From a virus (lineage: Duplodnaviria; Caudoviricetes): a DNA stretch of 48,963 nt. The notes below the pieces were generated by a model. It searched no databases. It saw only the letters and a program-made list of their open reading frames with translations, and was not told the DNA's origin. Every line of letters starts with the position of its first letter. Position 1 is the first letter of the stretch. Location of the stretch: positions 1 to 48,963 of IMG/VR virus record IMGVR_UViG_3300048575_000440; one strand, given 5' to 3'. Shown here one piece after another: positions 44,658 through 48,963 of the stretch. The position numbers were made by a program, and so were the translations under genes.

Positions 44658-45070
44658 CGACGAAGGCGAAACTCATGGACGACGGCCGGACTGTCACGGT
44701 GAGGGTGCCGATTTCGATCCGAAGTCGCGGTGGGCGGAAGCTGGTGCTGGCGCCCAACGGCGCCGAAATCACCGCCGCACCAACCACGCGGCATGTCGAC
44801 AACGCCATGATCAAGGCAATTGCCCGGGCATTCCGCTGGCGCGAAATGCTGGAGAGCGGCGAGTACGCAACTATCCGCGAAATCGCCGAAACCGAAAAGA
44901 TCAATGACTCTTACATTAGTCGCGTGCTCCGATTAACCCTGCTTGCGCCGGATATCATCGAAGCGGTCCTTCGCGGGCATCAGCCAGCGGGCTTGCGACT
45001 GACCGTCTCGTTTCAGCGATTTCCTGTAGATTGGCAGTTGCAGCATACAGTGTTCCGTTCGCTGTCCTGA
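44654..45070 (+). CDS. Recombinase-associated HTH protein
   Basis: RGGRK, KAIARAFRW, SYISRVLRLTLLAPDII; ATGA coupling with recombinase. Confidence 0.75.
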   Translation: MTTKAKLMDDGRTVTVRVPISIRSRGGRKLVLAPNGAEITAAPTTRHVDNAMIKAIARAFRWREMLESGEYATIREIAETEKINDSYISRVLRLTLLAPDIIEAVLRGHQPAGLRLTVSFQRFPVDWQLQHTVFRSLS

Positions 45071-45196
45071 CTCGATGTGCCATGACGCTCAGGCAAAGAG
45101 ATACTTGGAGTCGCGCGACGTATTATAGCAAGCCGGAAGTGGGGCACATTTTGGCACTGTTAATAAGATTCATGGTAGATTCTACGGGGGATTCGC

Positions 45197-46411
45197 GTGT
45201 TTACCTATTATGAATTTTTCGCCGGCGGGGGCATGGTACGGGCAGCGCTTTCCGGGCGCTGGCGCTGCCTGTTCGCAAACGATTTCGATCCGACCAAGGC
45301 CGAAGTCTATTCGAGCAATTGGGGAAGCGAGACACTCAAGGTCGATGACATCCACGATCTAGATGCACATGATCTGCCAGGGCGAGCCGATCTCGCGTGG
45401 GCCTCGTTTCCTTGTCAGGACCTGTCCTGCGCCGGCAACGGCCTCGGGCTCGGAGACGAACGCGGCCGGCTGAAGACGCGGTCCGGAACGTTCTGGCCCT
45501 TCATAGGTCTGATGGGAGAACTGAAGGAGCGGCGCCGCGCTCCAAGGGTCATTGTCATCGAAAATGTGCTGGGTCTGCTAACGATCAACGCCGGCGCTGC
45601 ATTCCGATCCGTCGCAAGCTCCCTCGCCAAACTCGACTACAGATTCGGCGCGATTGTTGTCGACGCCCGCTGGTTCGTGCCCCAGTCCCGTCCGCGCGTC
45701 TTCATCGTCGCGATCTCCAGAGATGCGGTCCTACCCGACGGCATCACGTCCGACGGCCCGGTGGCACCGTGGCATCCCGAGGCGGTCGTGCGTTCATGGA
45801 ATAACTTGCCTCCGTCGGTGGCAACCAAGTGGATATGGTTCAATCCAGGCGCGGCTCCGAAGCTCCGGAAAAAATTGGCCGACGTCGTTTCCGACCGTCC
45901 CCGCGATGCGCGCTGGCATGACGAAGCCGAAACGCGACGGCTGATTTCCATGATGTCGGAAGCCAACCGCCGAAAGCTGCGCGAGGCCCAGGCCACGGGC
46001 CAGAGGATGGTCGCGTCGCTGTTCCTGCGGATGCGGCCGGAGAATTCGGTCAACCGTCAGCGCGCCGAAATAAGCTTCAACGAAATTTCCGGATGTCTCC
46101 GCACTCCCAAGGGAGGCGGCTCGCGGCCGAGGGTGCTGGTGGTCAAAGGCAAGCGCGTTAAATCGCGCTTGTTGTCGCAAAAGGAAGCTGCCAAGCTGAT
46201 GGGCCTGCGCAGGAATTACAAGCTGCCGTCGCAGTATGAGGGCGCGTTCAAGGTTCTTGGCGACGGGGTCGTTGTGCCAGTGGTCGCCTTTCTGCGCACC
46301 ACATTGCTGGAACCGCTGGTGCGGGCATCGAAAAAGACGCAACGTCGACGCAAGACAGCCGCGAAAGCCCGACGGTTTCGATTCGAATTCGTCGAAGGAG
46401 CCCGTATCTGA
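45197..46411 (+). CDS. dcm: DNA (cytosine-5)-methyltransferase (DruM-like candidate)
   Basis: EFFAGGG motif I, FPCQDLS motif IV, IENV motif VI, QSRPR motif VIII, GDGV motif X. Confidence 0.93.
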   Translation: MFTYYEFFAGGGMVRAALSGRWRCLFANDFDPTKAEVYSSNWGSETLKVDDIHDLDAHDLPGRADLAWASFPCQDLSCAGNGLGLGDERGRLKTRSGTFWPFIGLMGELKERRRAPRVIVIENVLGLLTINAGAAFRSVASSLAKLDYRFGAIVVDARWFVPQSRPRVFIVAISRDAVLPDGITSDGPVAPWHPEAVVRSWNNLPPSVATKWIWFNPGAAPKLRKKLADVVSDRPRDARWHDEAETRRLISMMSEANRRKLREAQATGQRMVASLFLRMRPENSVNRQRAEISFNEISGCLRTPKGGGSRPRVLVVKGKRVKSRLLSQKEAAKLMGLRRNYKLPSQYEGAFKVLGDGVVVPVVAFLRTTLLEPLVRASKKTQRRRKTAAKARRFRFEFVEGARI

Positions 46412-46422
46412 TAACGTGAGTC

Positions 46423-48963
46423 ATGGCACCTGTCGGCCCATCCGAATTCGAGAACTGGGAACGGGCGCTGTGCAACCAGTTCCTTGCCGCATCGGACGGC
46501 GATGCAAGCCCTATCCGTTCGATTGAAATCACCCGATACACGCTGGCAGCCAGTCGGGAGGGCCAATATACCGATCCCGCGGAGGCAGTACGTGCATTTC
46601 GGGCAGCGATGGATATCAATGATGTCTGCTCGGCGGTCGAGCATGGGCACTATCGCCGTCTCGACCGCGTCGGCCTGCCAGGTTGCTTCTCGTATCTGGC
46701 TTTGACTCTCTACGTCGACAGCCTCATCGAGGATGACGCTGAAGGAGTAGGGGCATTCCGCTCGAAGCTCGCCGGCTTTCTACGAGTGGATCGGGCATTT
46801 TCGAATCTGAGCGGCGTCGCCGATATGTGGCGCGATCTCGCCACGTGGCTCGACGCGAAGATCAAGAAAGGGGAAAGCTTCCGGCGACTGGTGCTGCCCG
46901 ACCCCGGCAGCTGGACCCACATCGGACACACGGCGCGTCTCTCGTTTCCGTCGAGGCGGGATAAGGCGCTCCTGCGCGCATTTCTCGCGGACAATCCCAG
47001 GGCCGAGGGACCGGCGGCGTTTCTCGCAAGATTCAGAAATGCGGTGGCAGGGCCCAAGGCATCGTGGGGTCTCAAGCAGGCGTTCGGCGAATTCCATGCG
47101 GAATTCCTCGCGGGTCGGCGTGCGCTCGCCGATCACCGTTTCTGGGCCTTCGTTCAGGAGGTGACGAGGGGCCTCCGGACGGTGCCGCACGCCGTGCTTC
47201 TTTCGGTCGATCTCTCAAAGGATCAAGACGAGGACTGGTTCGTCACCATTGAGGCCGATGAAGGCGAACGCCAGCATTTCGGCGAGATGGGAACGGCGGC
47301 AACGAAACTTCTGGAGATGCCGCCGAATGAACTGGCGGCATCCTGCAATCGCGGTTTTCTCGTGTTCCGGCAGGTCGGAAATGCCAAGTGGCGAGCGGTG
47401 CCGGATCTTTCGGAATGCATCGGCCGCGTGATCATCGGTCTTTCGGCCGCAACGGCAGGCCGGGTCGGCCGCCGCCTTGGCGATCTCGAGCACAGCGGAT
47501 CATGGCTGCTCACGGCGGAGCCTGTCACCGTCTCGGCCGCCGAACGCGCCGCGGCGGCGCTCGGCCTGTCCGGTTCGGCGCGTGATTACATCGCTCCGGT
47601 GAGCGTCGTGGACGGGCAACGGACAGGATCATTCTGGCTCGGACGACCGCCGTTCCTGCCGCGAATCAACGCCGACAATGATGATCTTTCTGTCCATCCG
47701 GAAGCGAGCGCCACGGGCTCCATTCGGTGTGTCGCCGACGAGCGCAGTCCGGGCGTTTTCAGGCTCGTCGCCGATGGCCCAATTGAGGGCAGCTTCCTCC
47801 TTTCCCCGCACGTTCCGCATGGCGCTACCCGTCGATGGACGCGCCGCGTCACTTTCGTAGCCGATGCGCTCATCCACGACGCCATTCGGGCTCCTGCTGC
47901 GTCAGATCCACTGGTCGAGTGGGAAGGTCCGCCGCAGGCTGCTGGCTCGCTCCAGATTCGGCCTTCGTGGGACGACCAGCGATCGTCGGTCGACGACTTG
48001 GTCGAGGCGGTCTACGCCGGGGGCAGGACGGGCTGGAACGAGATGGACCTCGTATCGCTTGTGCGAGGCGGTCTCGGACCCGACTTGAACCCGTGGGACA
48101 TCATCAGGTCGCTGCAGGAATCAACCTGCCTCAAGCCCATGCTGCGCGCGCAGTGGCGCGGTCGCGTCTGGGCTCTCGGCGAACCCTCGCTTCGGATTAT
48201 CGGCGAAACCAATGTCGTTGTCGACGGCTGCATCAGCGCGCGGCTCGCCGGGGAATTCCGGCGCGCGGCGGAGTCCGCCGGCGGCACTGCCTTCCGTGTG
48301 CCGGGACGTTCAGTGCTCGCGCCGCCGCTCATCGGCGCTATCGGAGGTGATGTGGCCCGGCTGACCGACGCGCTGCAATGGGCCCGATCCACGGGTGCCG
48401 TGGCGTGCGGCGGAAAGCTGGCTTTTCAGGTCACCGAGCGCAGACCCGAACGCTACGAGCTGCAACATCGCTGGTCATTCGGGGCCGGCCGCTTCATACG
48501 CGCATTCGGTCAGGCCGGCGGTCCGGTCAACCTCGAGCGCTGGGTTCATCCGACCGCGAGGGACCATGATCTGTACGTCGTCACGCAGCGGTCCCGCAAA
48601 TGGCATCTCCTGTCGAGGCCGGCGGCCGTTACCTTCGCGCACTGCTTGGCGGGCGTGCCGCTGTTTGACTGGTCCGGCGGCCTGCTGCGCCGGACAACGC
48701 GAGAGGGGGCCCTGCCGGACGCACTGGCGGCATCGGCCAGATACCGGCATCTCGCGAACCCAGGGGTTGTAGCCAACGGCTATGCCTACGTGGTGGACGA
48801 GCAGTTCGTGCGCCAGTTGGCTGACATGCTTCCTAACCTCGTGCGCGGATTGAAGGATTCAGCTGGTAACGATCCGGCGGAGGCCGTAAGCTTGGCCGTT
48901 CACTCGGGGGGCCGCATCCGGACGGCTTGGAAAAAAGGCAGCCTCTCGACGATACGCTCGTGA
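46423..48963 (+). CDS. Large hypothetical protein (846 aa), possible defence component (DruF-like candidate)
   Basis: Long ORF 11 nt after the MTase; no motif recognised; family call from context only. Confidence 0.7.
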   Translation: MAPVGPSEFENWERALCNQFLAASDGDASPIRSIEITRYTLAASREGQYTDPAEAVRAFRAAMDINDVCSAVEHGHYRRLDRVGLPGCFSYLALTLYVDSLIEDDAEGVGAFRSKLAGFLRVDRAFSNLSGVADMWRDLATWLDAKIKKGESFRRLVLPDPGSWTHIGHTARLSFPSRRDKALLRAFLADNPRAEGPAAFLARFRNAVAGPKASWGLKQAFGEFHAEFLAGRRALADHRFWAFVQEVTRGLRTVPHAVLLSVDLSKDQDEDWFVTIEADEGERQHFGEMGTAATKLLEMPPNELAASCNRGFLVFRQVGNAKWRAVPDLSECIGRVIIGLSAATAGRVGRRLGDLEHSGSWLLTAEPVTVSAAERAAAALGLSGSARDYIAPVSVVDGQRTGSFWLGRPPFLPRINADNDDLSVHPEASATGSIRCVADERSPGVFRLVADGPIEGSFLLSPHVPHGATRRWTRRVTFVADALIHDAIRAPAASDPLVEWEGPPQAAGSLQIRPSWDDQRSSVDDLVEAVYAGGRTGWNEMDLVSLVRGGLGPDLNPWDIIRSLQESTCLKPMLRAQWRGRVWALGEPSLRIIGETNVVVDGCISARLAGEFRRAAESAGGTAFRVPGRSVLAPPLIGAIGGDVARLTDALQWARSTGAVACGGKLAFQVTERRPERYELQHRWSFGAGRFIRAFGQAGGPVNLERWVHPTARDHDLYVVTQRSRKWHLLSRPAAVTFAHCLAGVPLFDWSGGLLRRTTREGALPDALAASARYRHLANPGVVANGYAYVVDEQFVRQLADMLPNLVRGLKDSAGNDPAEAVSLAVHSGGRIRTAWKKGSLSTIRS

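Larger units (their letters stand above)
1..45070. mobile_element. Prophage (temperate, siphovirus-like; lambda-type head, GTA-like baseplate, serine recombinase)
   Basis: Colinear lysis, tail, head, packaging, replication, cro/cI switch and recombinase modules. True ends and att sites not identified; the left end may extend beyond the window. Confidence 0.93.

Noticed and set aside
45151-45170. Sigma-54 promoter before the C5 MTase (TGGCAC)
   Set aside because: No TTGC at the -12 position.
42504-45196. attL/attR sites or tRNA target near the recombinase
   Set aside because: No tRNA or convincing att-like repeat recognised by eye; serine recombinase cores are too short to call without comparison.

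Overview
GC-rich alphaproteobacterial (probably Hyphomicrobiales; inferred from gene content) window dominated by a nearly complete temperate siphovirus-like prophage, about 1-45,070. Most phage genes are on the minus strand. In transcription order from about 39 kb leftwards they are: cro, HTH, Sak4-like ATPase, SSB-like protein, Cas4-like nuclease, RecD-like helicase, primase-VapE helicase, a repeat-rich putative origin, RuvC-like resolvase, DUF6362, a lambda-like cos candidate, two ParB-fused DNA methyltransferases, lambda-type terminase/portal/S49 protease/decoration/capsid, tail tube, frameshifted tail chaperones, tape measure, an RcGTA-like baseplate module, a DUF2793-C1q fibre and a lysis cassette. 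On the plus strand lie cI, a tightly packed accessory cluster (small membrane protein, secreted SNase-type nuclease, DprA/SLOG protein, PRTase-like protein), a DUF2924 + large serine recombinase module, and a C5 methyltransferase followed by an unrecognised 846-aa protein (Druantia type II-like candidate). Best leads: the cI-linked nuclease-DprA-PRTase cluster, a LysB-like esterase in the lysis cassette, two distant paralogues of an unnamed small protein family, a lambda-like cosQ/cosN about 4.5 kb upstream of terS, and shared short motifs (MxDLN, DDIPF) in the replication proteins. All family calls come from motif recognition and gene order by eye; no database searches were run, and att sites were not identified.
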